Positions 53,032-63,173 of a DNA stretch of 64,000 nucleotides are shown here, piece by piece (the first letter of the stretch is position 1; each line of letters begins with the position of its first letter). This stretch comes from an uncultured Pelagibacteraceae bacterium (GTDB lineage: Bacteria; Pseudomonadota; Alphaproteobacteria; Pelagibacterales; Pelagibacteraceae): the NCBI GenBank assembly GCA_902574525.1, contig CACGNQ010000002.1:274-64273 (forward strand). The letters run 5' to 3'. The position numbers and the translations under genes are program-made. The notes under the pieces were generated by a model. The model was not told the DNA's origin. It worked only from the letters and a program-made list of their open reading frames with translations, and did not search any database.

Positions 53032-54162
53032 ATGCTTAAAAATAAAAAAATAAACTTAAATACAATAAAAAAAATTCTCCTTGAAAAAGGATTTACGATT
53101 AAAAAAAAAAAGAACAATTTTTTTTTAAAAGATTTAAAAAGCTTCTATTTTACTACATTGTGCAGTTTGTTTATAATTTTAATTTTTACTTTAGTACCTC
53201 TATCTGTAGGTATTAAAGAAAATATAAAAGTGAGCAAACTAACAGTAAATAATAATTCAAATGTTAATTTCCAGAAAGTTCTTGATGGCAAATCAATAGA
53301 AAAAAAAACCGTTGATGAAGGGCTCGATATAGAAAACTTATTTGAAGATGTTTTTTCTATTGAAGAGGTTCCAACAGATACAGTTAGATTAAGTGCTGAA
53401 ACAATTAAACAACTATTTAAAGATACAAAATATAGCCTTGATAATGTAAGAAAAAATCAAATTGTAAAACCTATAAATCTTTCTTTGTTACCTACTGAAA
53501 TAAAAAATATTGAAAGTACAAAAAAAAAAAAAAATTTATTTATAAAAATTGTTTTACCTTTAATTCTTGAGGAAAATAATAGGATAAAGATTGACAGAAA
53601 AAAACTTTTTAAAATTCTGAATAAGAATATGAACTCAGACTTAGAAAAAAAATGGTTAAATTCTAAGTTTAAGCAGTACGGGGTTTTAAATAAAGACCTA
53701 TCAACACTTAAAGTTAGAATGGATATTGTTCCAGTCTCTTTGGCAATAGCGCAAGCTGCAAAAGAAACCGGATGGGGCACATCTAGATTTGCTATTGAAG
53801 GAAACGCACTGTTTGGTCAATGGACTTGGACAGGAGAAGGCATTAAGCCTGCTGGAGTCGACTCGGAGGACTCAAAACACAAAGTAATGAAATTTAAAGT
53901 TTTAAAAGCATCGGTTAGAGCGTATCAAAGAAATCTTAACACACACGGAAGCTATAAAACATTCAGATCGGAAAGAGCAAACATGAGAGATAACGATGAA
54001 GAATTAGATAGTTTATTATTGGCAGATTATTTGGACAAATACGCCGCTACAGGAAAAGAATATACAAAAATACTAAAACAAATTATCAAGCAAAACAATC
54101 TAAAGGACTTCGATAAAGTAAAATTATTACCCACAAGCTTTCAATTGAAAAATATTATTTAG
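53032..54162 (+). CDS. Glucosaminidase-domain (Bax-like) peptidoglycan hydrolase
   Basis: N-terminal TM; AQAAKETGWGTSRF, NALFGQW, YQRNLNTH, YA..Y. Confidence 0.85.
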   Translation: MLKNKKINLNTIKKILLEKGFTIKKKKNNFFLKDLKSFYFTTLCSLFIILIFTLVPLSVGIKENIKVSKLTVNNNSNVNFQKVLDGKSIEKKTVDEGLDIENLFEDVFSIEEVPTDTVRLSAETIKQLFKDTKYSLDNVRKNQIVKPINLSLLPTEIKNIESTKKKKNLFIKIVLPLILEENNRIKIDRKKLFKILNKNMNSDLEKKWLNSKFKQYGVLNKDLSTLKVRMDIVPVSLAIAQAAKETGWGTSRFAIEGNALFGQWTWTGEGIKPAGVDSEDSKHKVMKFKVLKASVRAYQRNLNTHGSYKTFRSERANMRDNDEELDSLLLADYLDKYAATGKEYTKILKQIIKQNNLKDFDKVKLLPTSFQLKNII

Positions 54163-55223
54163 TTTAGTCTAACAGAGAACTGTAAACCAAACCATCTCCA
54201 ACCCTCTTTGTCATTAAGAGAACAATTTATTCTTCCTCTTCTAAAAAGAAATTTATCAGAAAAATATACAAACAATTTATTATCTTGAAATTTTATTTTT
54301 GATTGTTTCCAATTGTTACCTTCATCTGAAAAACAATTAATATTTTCTAAATTTTTTTGATCCTCAAAAAAAGTAATTTCTAGTTTTGGTGGGTTATTAT
54401 TTGTAATATATTTATCTATAGGGATTACATTTTTATATTCCAAGGGCAATAAATCTATAATAAATTCAAACCTTTCTAAATCACCATATTTTTCGTTTAT
54501 AGGGAATCTTGGAAGTTCATAAGGATTTTTATTTACATCGATTACCCCAGAATGTTGTCCAAATCCATACTTAAATTTTTTTTTTATAAATGATAATTGT
54601 TTTTTGCTAAATTCTCCAAAAGGATAAGAAAAAAATATTGGATTATACCCCAAGTTATTTTCAAAAATTTCTACCGATTTAATTATATCTGCTTTAAATT
54701 CCTCAAAACTTAAATCCAATAAGTAATTATGAGAATGAGAATGATTTCCAATAAAAGCAAAACTTTCTTTTTCAATTTCTTTTATTTCATCCCAATTCAT
54801 ATATCCATTTTTACCTATAGCTTCAGTGGATATAAATAATATGAAAGGTATTTGTTTTTCCCTTAAATATGGCCACGCTTTTTCATAAAATGATGAAAAT
54901 CCATCATCTATAGTAATTAAAATTTTTTTTTTTTCTTTCTTTTCAAAAAATTTTTTATCAAAATTTTTAGGATTTAAATAACTATAATTTTTTTTAGAAA
55001 TAATATCCATGTGCTTCCTAAAAACTCCCATTCGAATATTTGTTGATGGATACTTAATTTCATCAAATCTATGATACATTATTGACAAAATACCTTTGTC
55101 ATTGGAAAAAAATTTGCTTTCATTTTCCTCTGATTTTGAACTAAATGTAAGTATAGATAATAAAATGAAAATTTTAATAATAGATGCAACTGGAAAAAAG
55201 ATATTATTGGCCCTCATATTCAA
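54159..55223 (-). CDS. Polysaccharide deacetylase (CE4), exported
   Basis: IMYHRF, ITIDDG, GNHSHSH, FSYPFGE, LPRFPINE, GRINCS..WRW. Start is 55223 or 55217. Confidence 0.88.
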   Translation of the reverse strand: MNMRANNIFFPVASIIKIFILLSILTFSSKSEENESKFFSNDKGILSIMYHRFDEIKYPSTNIRMGVFRKHMDIISKKNYSYLNPKNFDKKFFEKKEKKKILITIDDGFSSFYEKAWPYLREKQIPFILFISTEAIGKNGYMNWDEIKEIEKESFAFIGNHSHSHNYLLDLSFEEFKADIIKSVEIFENNLGYNPIFFSYPFGEFSKKQLSFIKKKFKYGFGQHSGVIDVNKNPYELPRFPINEKYGDLERFEFIIDLLPLEYKNVIPIDKYITNNNPPKLEITFFEDQKNLENINCFSDEGNNWKQSKIKFQDNKLFVYFSDKFLFRRGRINCSLNDKEGWRWFGLQFSVRLN

Positions 55224-55578
55224 TAAAAATCTTTATACATCTAGTTATATAAATAGTAAAAAGAATTATGATAAATTAATTATTTTAATCGATAAATTTT
55301 TATCAAAGTATAAAATTTCTTTAAATACTATTAAAAAAATATACGTCAATAGGGGCCCTGGTAGTTATGCTGGAATAAGAAGTTCTTTATCTATAGTTAA
55401 AGCTATGCATTTATCAAAAAAAATTGACTATTATTCATTTAGTTTTGAGGACTTTTTAGATGAAGGAAAAAAATATATTTCGTCAAATAATTCAAATAAA
55501 ATTTATCATTTTAAAAAATTACCCATTTTATGTGACAAATTTAATATTAAAAAAAATTTGATTAAACCTCTTTATTAG
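55165..55578 (+). CDS. tsaB: TsaB (YeaZ)-like t6A biosynthesis protein, shortened
   Basis: MKILIIDAT start at ATG 55165, VNRGPGSYAGIR, C-terminal KPLY; upstream of fur-miaB. Confidence 0.75.
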   Translation: MKILIIDATGKKILLALIFNKNLYTSSYINSKKNYDKLIILIDKFLSKYKISLNTIKKIYVNRGPGSYAGIRSSLSIVKAMHLSKKIDYYSFSFEDFLDEGKKYISSNNSNKIYHFKKLPILCDKFNIKKNLIKPLY

Positions 55579-55592
55579 AGTTAAATTAAAAA

Positions 55593-56012
55593 ATGTCAGA
55601 AATGATAGAAAAAAAATGTATCGAAAAAGGTGTAAAGCTGACCGACCAGCGAAAAACTATAGCCAGAGTTATTTCAGAATCGAAAGAAACTTACGGTGAG
55701 TCAGATCATCCAGATGTTGATGAACTTTACAAAAGAGTATCTAAAATTGACTCAAAAATAAGTATTGCAACAGTTTATAGAACTGTAAAACTTTTTGAGG
55801 AAGCGGGAATCTTAACAAAACATGATTTTAAGGGTGGTAAAGCTAGGTATGAAATTAATGACGATCATAATCATTTAATAGATATTAAAACTGGAGAAAT
55901 AATTGAATTTGTAGACCATGAAATTGAAGAACTTCAAAGAAAAATTGCTGAAAAACACGGGTATGATTTAGTGGATCACAAACTTGAGCTTTACGGTGTT
56001 AAAAAAAATTAA
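55593..56012 (+). CDS. fur: Fur/Mur family metalloregulator
   Basis: TDQR, DHPDVDELY, ISIATVYRTVKLFEEAG, ARYE, IIEF, DHKLELYG. Confidence 0.9.
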   Translation: MSEMIEKKCIEKGVKLTDQRKTIARVISESKETYGESDHPDVDELYKRVSKIDSKISIATVYRTVKLFEEAGILTKHDFKGGKARYEINDDHNHLIDIKTGEIIEFVDHEIEELQRKIAEKHGYDLVDHKLELYGVKKN

Positions 56013-56018
56013 TTATTA

Positions 56019-57359
56019 ATGTCAAAAAAAGTATTTGTGAAAACATTCGGCTGTCAAATGAATGTATACGATTCTGAAAAAATTGTAGATGCTTTAAAAA
56101 TAATTGGGTATGAAAAATCTGAAGATTTAAAGAAATCAGATTGTTTTATCTTGAATACATGCCATATACGAGACAAAGCCAAAGAAAAAGTCTACCATGA
56201 AATCGGAAGAGTAAGAGAATTGTTTCTAAATAAAAATAAACCATTAGTAATAGTTGTGGGTTGTGTTGCTCAAGCAGAAAATAATGAAATGCTTAAAAGA
56301 GAACCTTATATTGATATGGTAATTGGGCCACAATCGTATCATAAATTAAATGAAAGTATTTTGAAATTTCAAAAAAATAAATCAAAAAATGAAATTACAG
56401 ATTTTGATACTATAGAGAAATTTAATTACTTAAGCAAAATACAAAATAAAAAAAGTAAAATTTCTTCTTTTTTAACAATTCAGGAAGGATGCGATAAATT
56501 TTGTCATTTTTGTGTAGTACCCTACACACGCGGACCTGAATATTCTAGACCTTATGATCAAATAATAAATGAGGCCGAAATGTTGGTTAGAAATGGATCA
56601 AAAGAAATTATTTTACTAGGTCAAAATGTAAATGCTTACAATTATAAAAATGTTAATAAAGAATTTAGACTTTCAGATTTAATTATGTCACTCGAAAAGA
56701 TTGATGGTCTTGATAGAATACGTTATACAACATCCCATCCTCGAGACATGACTAAGGATTTGTTAGATTGTTATAAAAATTCAAAAAAACTGATGCCGCT
56801 TGTTCATTTACCTATTCAGTCAGGTTCAAACAAGATTTTAAAATCAATGAACAGAAAACACAAAGTAGAGGATTATATTTTGGTCTTTAATTTTCTTAAA
56901 GAAATTAATAGTCAAATCGAATTTTCTAGTGATTTTATCATTGGATATCCTGGAGAGGAAATAGAAGATTTTGAAAATACAATTAAATTAATAGATAGAA
57001 TTAAATTTATTAATTCGTATTCTTTTATCTTTAGTGCGAGGCCTGGCACAACTGCATCAAAGCTAAATCCCATCGATGATAAAATTACAAAAAATAGACT
57101 TAAAATTATACAAGAAAAATTATTTGGATATCAAAAAATGAAAAATAAGTCTCTAGAAAATAAACACATAGATGTTTTGATAGAGAATGAGATTAAGGGA
57201 CAAAATAAATTGTTTGGCAGAAATGAATATATGAATTCAGTGATAGTAGAAGGCAATAATAATTTAATTGGAAAAATTGTTAAAGTTAAGATTAGTAAAT
57301 CTAATCAAAATACTTTATTTGGTGAAATTGAAAGAAAAAAAACAATTAAGGCAGCATAA
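56019..57359 (+). CDS. miaB: tRNA methylthiotransferase
   Basis: TFGCQMNVYDS, LNTCHIR, GCVAQ, EGCDKFCHFCVVPYTRG, TTSHP, TRAM domain. Confidence 0.96.
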   Translation: MSKKVFVKTFGCQMNVYDSEKIVDALKIIGYEKSEDLKKSDCFILNTCHIRDKAKEKVYHEIGRVRELFLNKNKPLVIVVGCVAQAENNEMLKREPYIDMVIGPQSYHKLNESILKFQKNKSKNEITDFDTIEKFNYLSKIQNKKSKISSFLTIQEGCDKFCHFCVVPYTRGPEYSRPYDQIINEAEMLVRNGSKEIILLGQNVNAYNYKNVNKEFRLSDLIMSLEKIDGLDRIRYTTSHPRDMTKDLLDCYKNSKKLMPLVHLPIQSGSNKILKSMNRKHKVEDYILVFNFLKEINSQIEFSSDFIIGYPGEEIEDFENTIKLIDRIKFINSYSFIFSARPGTTASKLNPIDDKITKNRLKIIQEKLFGYQKMKNKSLENKHIDVLIENEIKGQNKLFGRNEYMNSVIVEGNNNLIGKIVKVKISKSNQNTLFGEIERKKTIKAA

Positions 57360-57361
57360 AA

Positions 57362-58363
57362 TTGAATAAAACTTCACTTAATCTTAAAAGTAAAATAAAG
57401 TTTGTTTACTCAGAAAATGAAAGTGTAAGTGTTATATTTCAAGACAACAATTTATTAATGGGAGTTGTTGGTGAATTTAATGAAAATTTGAAGCAGTTAG
57501 AGAAGATAACAGGAACAAGTTTATATTTTAGAGGAAATTCAATCATCATCAAAAGTGATCAAAAGAAAAATGAAGTTATAAAAAATGCAATCGTATTTCT
57601 ATCTGACCAATTTATAAATAATGGAACCATAGAAAAAAAAGATATATTATCCTCAGTAAATAGATTTATGATAAACGAAAAAATTAATACTGGCCAAAAA
57701 ATTGATTATATTATCAAAACACCAAAAAAATCGGTTATACCGAGATCTGAAAAGCAAAAGAGATACTTAAGAGCTTTAAAAGAGAGTGAAATTGTAATTT
57801 CCACAGGACCTGCAGGAACAGGAAAAACTTTTTTAGCAGTGGCAGTCGCACTGACTATGCTTTTAGAAAAAAAAATTGAGAGAATAATTTTGTCTAGACC
57901 TGCAGTCGAAGCTGGAGAAAGACTTGGTTTTTTGCCAGGCGATATGAGAGAAAAAGTTGATCCATATTTAAGACCGCTTTATGATTCTTTATATGATTTA
58001 CTTGATTTTGAAAAAATTCAAAAAAAAATTGAAATTGGAGATATAGAAATTGCACCTCTAGCATTTATGAGAGGAAGAACTTTAAAAAATTCTTTTGCAA
58101 TTTTAGATGAAGCACAAAATGCAACCGACACACAAATTAAAATGTTCTTAACAAGAATTGGCGAAAATTCAAAAATTGTTATTAATGGTGATCCTTCCCA
58201 GATAGATTTACCAAATAAGTCATTGTCAGGCTTAAATAGATCTAAAAATCTGTTAGGTCATTTAGATGAAATTTCAGTAGTTGATTTTGATCATACTGAT
58301 GTTGTAAGACATCCACTTGTATCAAAAATTGTAAAAGCTTATTCAGATCAAAAAGATGATTAA
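57362..58363 (+). CDS. PhoH-like (YbeZ) ATPase
   Basis: GPAGTGKT, RPAVEAGERLGFLPG, PLAFMRGRT, DEAQN, VVRHPLV. Confidence 0.94.
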   Translation: MNKTSLNLKSKIKFVYSENESVSVIFQDNNLLMGVVGEFNENLKQLEKITGTSLYFRGNSIIIKSDQKKNEVIKNAIVFLSDQFINNGTIEKKDILSSVNRFMINEKINTGQKIDYIIKTPKKSVIPRSEKQKRYLRALKESEIVISTGPAGTGKTFLAVAVALTMLLEKKIERIILSRPAVEAGERLGFLPGDMREKVDPYLRPLYDSLYDLLDFEKIQKKIEIGDIEIAPLAFMRGRTLKNSFAILDEAQNATDTQIKMFLTRIGENSKIVINGDPSQIDLPNKSLSGLNRSKNLLGHLDEISVVDFDHTDVVRHPLVSKIVKAYSDQKDD

Positions 58364-58811
58364 AGCTGAAGTTTTAGTTGATAATTCAGCGTGGAAAAAA
58401 AAAATAACAGATAGCTCTGCATTATTTAATAGAATATTAAAAAATTTACCAAGAAAATATAGTTTTAAAAATAAAAAGATAATCGTAACTGTTTTATTAT
58501 CAAATAATTTAAAAATAAAACAACTAAATAAAACTTTTAGAAAAAAAAATAAACCTACTGATATATTATCTTTTCCAATAAACAAAAAAGTTAATAATAA
58601 AATTTTTTATTTAGGCGATATTATAATAAGTTATGAATTTATGAATAAACCCAAAAAAATAAATTTTATTGAATTTAAAGAAAAAGTTACAAAGATTTTT
58701 ATTCACGGTTTTTTACACTTAATGGGATACAATCATAAAAAAAATAAAGATTTTGAAAAAATGAATAAAGAGGAAATAAAACTTTATAATCTGGTGAAAA
58801 ATAAAATTTGA
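58356..58811 (+). CDS. ybeY: rRNA maturation endoribonuclease
   Basis: LNKTFR.KNKPTDILSFP, LGDIIIS, HGFLHLMGYNH. Confidence 0.94.
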   Translation: MIKAEVLVDNSAWKKKITDSSALFNRILKNLPRKYSFKNKKIIVTVLLSNNLKIKQLNKTFRKKNKPTDILSFPINKKVNNKIFYLGDIIISYEFMNKPKKINFIEFKEKVTKIFIHGFLHLMGYNHKKNKDFEKMNKEEIKLYNLVKNKI

Positions 58812-60349
58812 AAAAAATTTCAAAAAAAAAATTTCTATCCTACATATTTGTTTTAATAATTGGGGTATTTAGTTCTTTTAGTCTTCCTCCGTATAATTTT
58901 TTTTTAATTAATTTTATTACTATCCCATCTTTATTTGTATTATTGGTAAAACAAAGATTTAAATTAAAAAAAATAGAAAGTTTTTTTTATGGCTGGATTT
59001 TTGGTTTTGGTTATTTCTTATCAAGTCTGTATTGGATAACAATATCTTTAACATTTGATGAAACTTTTAAATTATTAATACCTATAGCTATTTTATTAAT
59101 CCCGTCATTTCTTGGCATATTTTATGGTCTAGTTACATTTATTTTTTCATATTTTAAAAAATTTAGTAACGTTTCATTAGTGCTTACTTTTTCAACTTTG
59201 TTTTCTATATCAGAGTTTTTAAGAGGTCATATTTTATCTGGCTTTCCCTGGAACTTAATTTCATTTTCTTTCTCTGAGTTTTTACCTTTATTACAAATAT
59301 TGTCATTTACAGGAACCTACTCTTTTAATTTATTATGTCTTACACTATTTACTTTACCCTCGTTTTTTTATTTAAAGAAAAATAAATTTGATATACATTT
59401 TTTAATTTTATTCGGATTATTGACACTTTCAGGGATAATATTTGGTCAACTTTCAATAAATAAGTCAAAGTATAGTTCTATAAAAAAAAATAATTTTGTT
59501 ATAAAGATTGTTTCACCAAAAATTGATATTGAAAGATTCTACTATACAGAAAATGAAGAAGAAATTCTTAAAAGTTTAATACAACTAAGTAAACCAGATA
59601 AAGAGATTAAAACTATATTTATATGGCCTGAGGGAGTATTCACTAGTACAGAATTAGATAACTTAAAAAGATATAAAAATATTTTTTCTAAAAATTTTAG
59701 TAAAAAACATTTAATTATATTTGGCATAAATGATTCGAATAATAAAAAGACCTTTAATTCTTTGGCAGTAGTTAATAATAATCTAGATATAATTAGTTCT
59801 TATAATAAAAACAAATTAGTACCTTTTGGTGAATTTTTGCCGTTAGAAAATTTTCTGAGAAGTGTTGGCGCGAAAACTATTACCAATTATTATAAATCAT
59901 ACTCCAAAGGAAAAAAAAGAGATATAATAGACTTAAAAAAACAAGAATTCGATATAAGTTTCTTGCCTTTAGTTTGTTATGAAATAATTTACTCAGGCGA
60001 TCTTACAAAAAAAGAAAATTATGATCTCATTGTAAATATTTCAGAAGATGGATGGTTTGGAAAATCAATTGGACCCCATCAGCATTTTTCTCATTCAATT
60101 TTCAGATCTATAGAGGAGGGAAAAAGTGTAATCAGGTCGACTAATAGAGGCATATCAGCCTTAATAAATCCAAACGGGGTAGCATCTAAAATATTAGAGT
60201 CAACTTATGAGGGAGTAATTGAAATTAATCAAATAAAAAACCCTAAAAAAACTTTTTTTTCTAAATATAGGAACAATATATTCTTTTATTTTATCATTAT
60301 TTATATTAGCTTAATTTTTTTTTTAAATACAAATAGGGAGATTAAATAA
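58808..60349 (+). CDS. lnt: Apolipoprotein N-acyltransferase
   Basis: [38 protein letters not shown]. Confidence 0.93.
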   Translation: MKKISKKKFLSYIFVLIIGVFSSFSLPPYNFFLINFITIPSLFVLLVKQRFKLKKIESFFYGWIFGFGYFLSSLYWITISLTFDETFKLLIPIAILLIPSFLGIFYGLVTFIFSYFKKFSNVSLVLTFSTLFSISEFLRGHILSGFPWNLISFSFSEFLPLLQILSFTGTYSFNLLCLTLFTLPSFFYLKKNKFDIHFLILFGLLTLSGIIFGQLSINKSKYSSIKKNNFVIKIVSPKIDIERFYYTENEEEILKSLIQLSKPDKEIKTIFIWPEGVFTSTELDNLKRYKNIFSKNFSKKHLIIFGINDSNNKKTFNSLAVVNNNLDIISSYNKNKLVPFGEFLPLENFLRSVGAKTITNYYKSYSKGKKRDIIDLKKQEFDISFLPLVCYEIIYSGDLTKKENYDLIVNISEDGWFGKSIGPHQHFSHSIFRSIEEGKSVIRSTNRGISALINPNGVASKILESTYEGVIEINQIKNPKKTFFSKYRNNIFFYFIIIYISLIFFLNTNREIK

Positions 60350-60350
60350 A

Positions 60351-61514
60351 ATGAAAAAAGATTATTTGTTCACTAGTGAATCTGTATCAGAAGGACATCC
60401 TGATAAAGTTTGTGATAGAATTTCAGATATGGTTGTTGATACTTATTTAGGCATGGAACCTCAAGCAAGGGTAGCATGTGAAACGTTAACAACGACAAAT
60501 AAAGTTGTATTAGCAGGTGAAACAAGAGGCCCAGATATCAAAAAAGATGAATTAATATCAAAGGTCAGAGATTGTATTAAAGATATTGGATATGATCAGG
60601 AGGGTTTTACTTACAAGGAAGCAACTAAAATTGAAAGTCATTTGCATTCTCAATCGGCTGATATAGCTATGGGTGTTGATTCTTCCGGAAACAAAGATGA
60701 AGGTGCTGGAGACCAAGGAATAATGTTTGGTTACGCATGTAATGAGACTGATGTACTCATGCCAGCTCCTATTCACTTTTCACATAGAATTTTAAGACTG
60801 ATGGCCGAAGACAGGAAATCTGGAAAGTTAAAAGGAATAGAACCAGATTCTAAAAGTCAAATTACTATTGAGTATAAAGATGGAGTCCCAAAAGATGTAA
60901 AATCAGTCGTGATATCCACACAGCATTCAAAAGATGTTAACTTAGCTCAAGTCAAAGAACTTTGCATGCCATATATTGAAAGATCTATCCCAAAAAATTT
61001 ATTAGGAAATCTTGATGAAAATGAAATATATATTAACCCAACTGGAAATTTTGTAATTGGAGGACCTGATGGAGACAGTGGATTAACAGGAAGAAAAATA
61101 ATTGTTGATACATATGGTGGTGCGGCACCACACGGTGGAGGGGCTTTCTCAGGCAAAGATCCTACAAAAGTAGATAGATCTGCAGCATATGCTTCAAGAT
61201 ATTTAGCTAAAAATATAGTTGCATCTAAAATTGCAGACAAATGTTTAATTCAACTTGCTTATGCAATTGGAGTTTCAAAACCTTTATCAATATATGTTGA
61301 CCTATTTAGTAATGATGAGGATAAAAATTTACATGTTGAAAAACTTATAAAGGAAAATTTTGATCTGAGTCCAAGGGGGATAAGAGAAATGTTAGGATTG
61401 AATAAGCCAATTTATGAAAAATCGGCTGCTTATGGACATTTTGGAAGAGATCCAGAAAATGATGGCTCATTTTCATGGGAAAAAACTGACAAAGCGTCTG
61501 TATTTCAAAAGTAA
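60351..61514 (+). CDS. metK: S-adenosylmethionine synthetase
   Basis: [55 protein letters not shown]. Confidence 0.98.
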   Translation: MKKDYLFTSESVSEGHPDKVCDRISDMVVDTYLGMEPQARVACETLTTTNKVVLAGETRGPDIKKDELISKVRDCIKDIGYDQEGFTYKEATKIESHLHSQSADIAMGVDSSGNKDEGAGDQGIMFGYACNETDVLMPAPIHFSHRILRLMAEDRKSGKLKGIEPDSKSQITIEYKDGVPKDVKSVVISTQHSKDVNLAQVKELCMPYIERSIPKNLLGNLDENEIYINPTGNFVIGGPDGDSGLTGRKIIVDTYGGAAPHGGGAFSGKDPTKVDRSAAYASRYLAKNIVASKIADKCLIQLAYAIGVSKPLSIYVDLFSNDEDKNLHVEKLIKENFDLSPRGIREMLGLNKPIYEKSAAYGHFGRDPENDGSFSWEKTDKASVFQK

Positions 61515-61520
61515 ATAAAG

Positions 61521-61548
61521 TTGATAAATTATTAAAAATACCTATATT
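61521..61548 (+). promoter_or_regulatory. Putative sigma-70 promoter for nusA-infB
   Basis: TTGATA-N16-TATATT in the metK-nusA gap; weak evidence in an AT-rich background. Confidence 0.4.
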
Positions 61549-61570
61549 CAACTCACATTATTGAAATTTC

Positions 61571-61598
61571 AAAAATGGGCTTCGGCCCATTTTTTTTT
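61571..61598 (+). terminator. Intrinsic terminator/attenuator before nusA
   Basis: AAAAATGGGC-TTCG-GCCCATTTTTTTTT: C(UUCG)G tetraloop hairpin with a 9-U tract, immediately before the AAGGA SD. Confidence 0.85.
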
Positions 61599-61609
61599 GT
61601 AAGGAATAA

Positions 61610-63163
61610 ATGCTAAATAGAAGAGCAGATAAGTTAGAGCTAATTAGAATTGCTGAGGCGGTTGCATTAGAAAAATCTATTGATAAAGAGATTATTATCA
61701 ACTCTATGGAAACTGGTATTGCTAAAGCTGCAAAATCTAAGTTTGGCCAAGAGAATGAAATTGAAGTGAAAATTGATAGAGAAAGTGGAGATATTGGTAT
61801 TTTTAGAAAATTATTAATTACTGAAAATCCCGAAAACATAAATACAGAGATAAGTTTGGGTGAAGCGCATAATCTAGGAGAAGAAAATAAAGATAAAAAA
61901 ATAGGAGATACTGTTCTCCAAACTTTACCCACATTCGATTTTGGTAGAATAGCTGCTCAAACTGCCAAACAAGTAATAAGTTTTAACGTTAGAGAGGCAG
62001 AAAGAGAAAGACAGTTTAATGATTTTGTTGATAAAAAAGATACTATATTAAGTGGAATCGTTAAGAGACTAGAATTTGGAAACGTCATAATTGACCTTGG
62101 TAGAACAGAAGCAATCATCCAAAAAAATGAGATGATTCCCAGAGAGAATATTAAAGCTGGAGATCGGGTTAAAGCATACTGTAGTGATGTGAGAAGAGAA
62201 CCTAGGGGGCAACAGATATTTTTATCAAGAGCACATCCTAAATTTATGGAAAAACTATTCATACAAGAAGTACCAGAGATATACGATGGTTTGATTGAAA
62301 TTATTTCATCTGCTAGAGATCCAGGCAGTAGAGCAAAAATTTGTGTAAAAGCAATAGATAATTCTTTAGATCCAGTTGGAGCATGCGTAGGTATGAGAGG
62401 AAGTAGAGTACAAGCGGTTGTAAATGAATTGCAAGGTGAAAAAATAGATATTGTTAATTGGTCAGAGGATCCAGCTGTAGTAGTTTCAAATGCTTTATCT
62501 CCAGCGGAAGTTCAAAGAGTAAATGTTGATGTAGAAAATAAAAAATTAGATGTAATTCTTACCGAAGAAAATTTAAGTAAAGCGATTGGTAGAAGAGGTC
62601 AAAATGTAAGATTAGCAACTAAGTTGATGAACTACGAAATTAACATAATGACAGATCAAGAGGACTCCGAGAGAAGACAAGTTGAATTTAAAGAAAAGAC
62701 AGAAAATTTTGTAAAAAATTTAGAATTAGATGAAACGCTAGGTCAATTATTAGTTGCTGAAGGTTTTTCTTCAATTGATGATTTAAAAGATTCATCTGTA
62801 GAAGATATAGTAAAAATAGAAGGCATTGAGGAAGATACAGCTAAAGAATTATTAGAAAGAGCACAAGAATTTTATAAAAAAGATCAAGAAGAAATTTCAA
62901 AAAAAATTAAAGAACTTGGACTTGAAAATGATTTAATAAATCAAGAGGGGCTTACTCCAGGAATGTTAGTTACTCTAGGTGAACAAAAAATTCTTACGTT
63001 AAATGATTTTGCAGACCTTGCATCAGACGAATTAACTGGAGGTTATGATATTGTAAAAGGAGAGAGAGTTAAAATAAAAGGCTTTTTAGAGGATTTTGCT
63101 CTCTCAAAAAAAGAAGCTGACGATTTAATTATGTCAGCAAGAAATAAAATTTATAAAGATTGA
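61610..63163 (+). CDS. nusA: Transcription elongation/termination factor
   Basis: FGRIAAQTAKQVI, LSRAHP, ARDPGSRAK, DPVGACVGMRGSRV, AIGRRGQNVRLA, acidic C-terminal repeats. Confidence 0.97.
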   Translation: MLNRRADKLELIRIAEAVALEKSIDKEIIINSMETGIAKAAKSKFGQENEIEVKIDRESGDIGIFRKLLITENPENINTEISLGEAHNLGEENKDKKIGDTVLQTLPTFDFGRIAAQTAKQVISFNVREAERERQFNDFVDKKDTILSGIVKRLEFGNVIIDLGRTEAIIQKNEMIPRENIKAGDRVKAYCSDVRREPRGQQIFLSRAHPKFMEKLFIQEVPEIYDGLIEIISSARDPGSRAKICVKAIDNSLDPVGACVGMRGSRVQAVVNELQGEKIDIVNWSEDPAVVVSNALSPAEVQRVNVDVENKKLDVILTEENLSKAIGRRGQNVRLATKLMNYEINIMTDQEDSERRQVEFKEKTENFVKNLELDETLGQLLVAEGFSSIDDLKDSSVEDIVKIEGIEEDTAKELLERAQEFYKKDQEEISKKIKELGLENDLINQEGLTPGMLVTLGEQKILTLNDFADLASDELTGGYDIVKGERVKIKGFLEDFALSKKEADDLIMSARNKIYKD

Positions 63164-63173
63164 AAGATGAGTT

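Noticed and set aside
55096-55164. TTG-start extension of tsaB
   Set aside because: Family similarity begins at MKILIID (55165); the extension lies deep in the opposite-strand gene.
60300-60351. SAM riboswitch upstream of metK
   Set aside because: The lnt stop is 1 nt from the metK ATG; there is no leader and no recognisable SAM-II/V motif.
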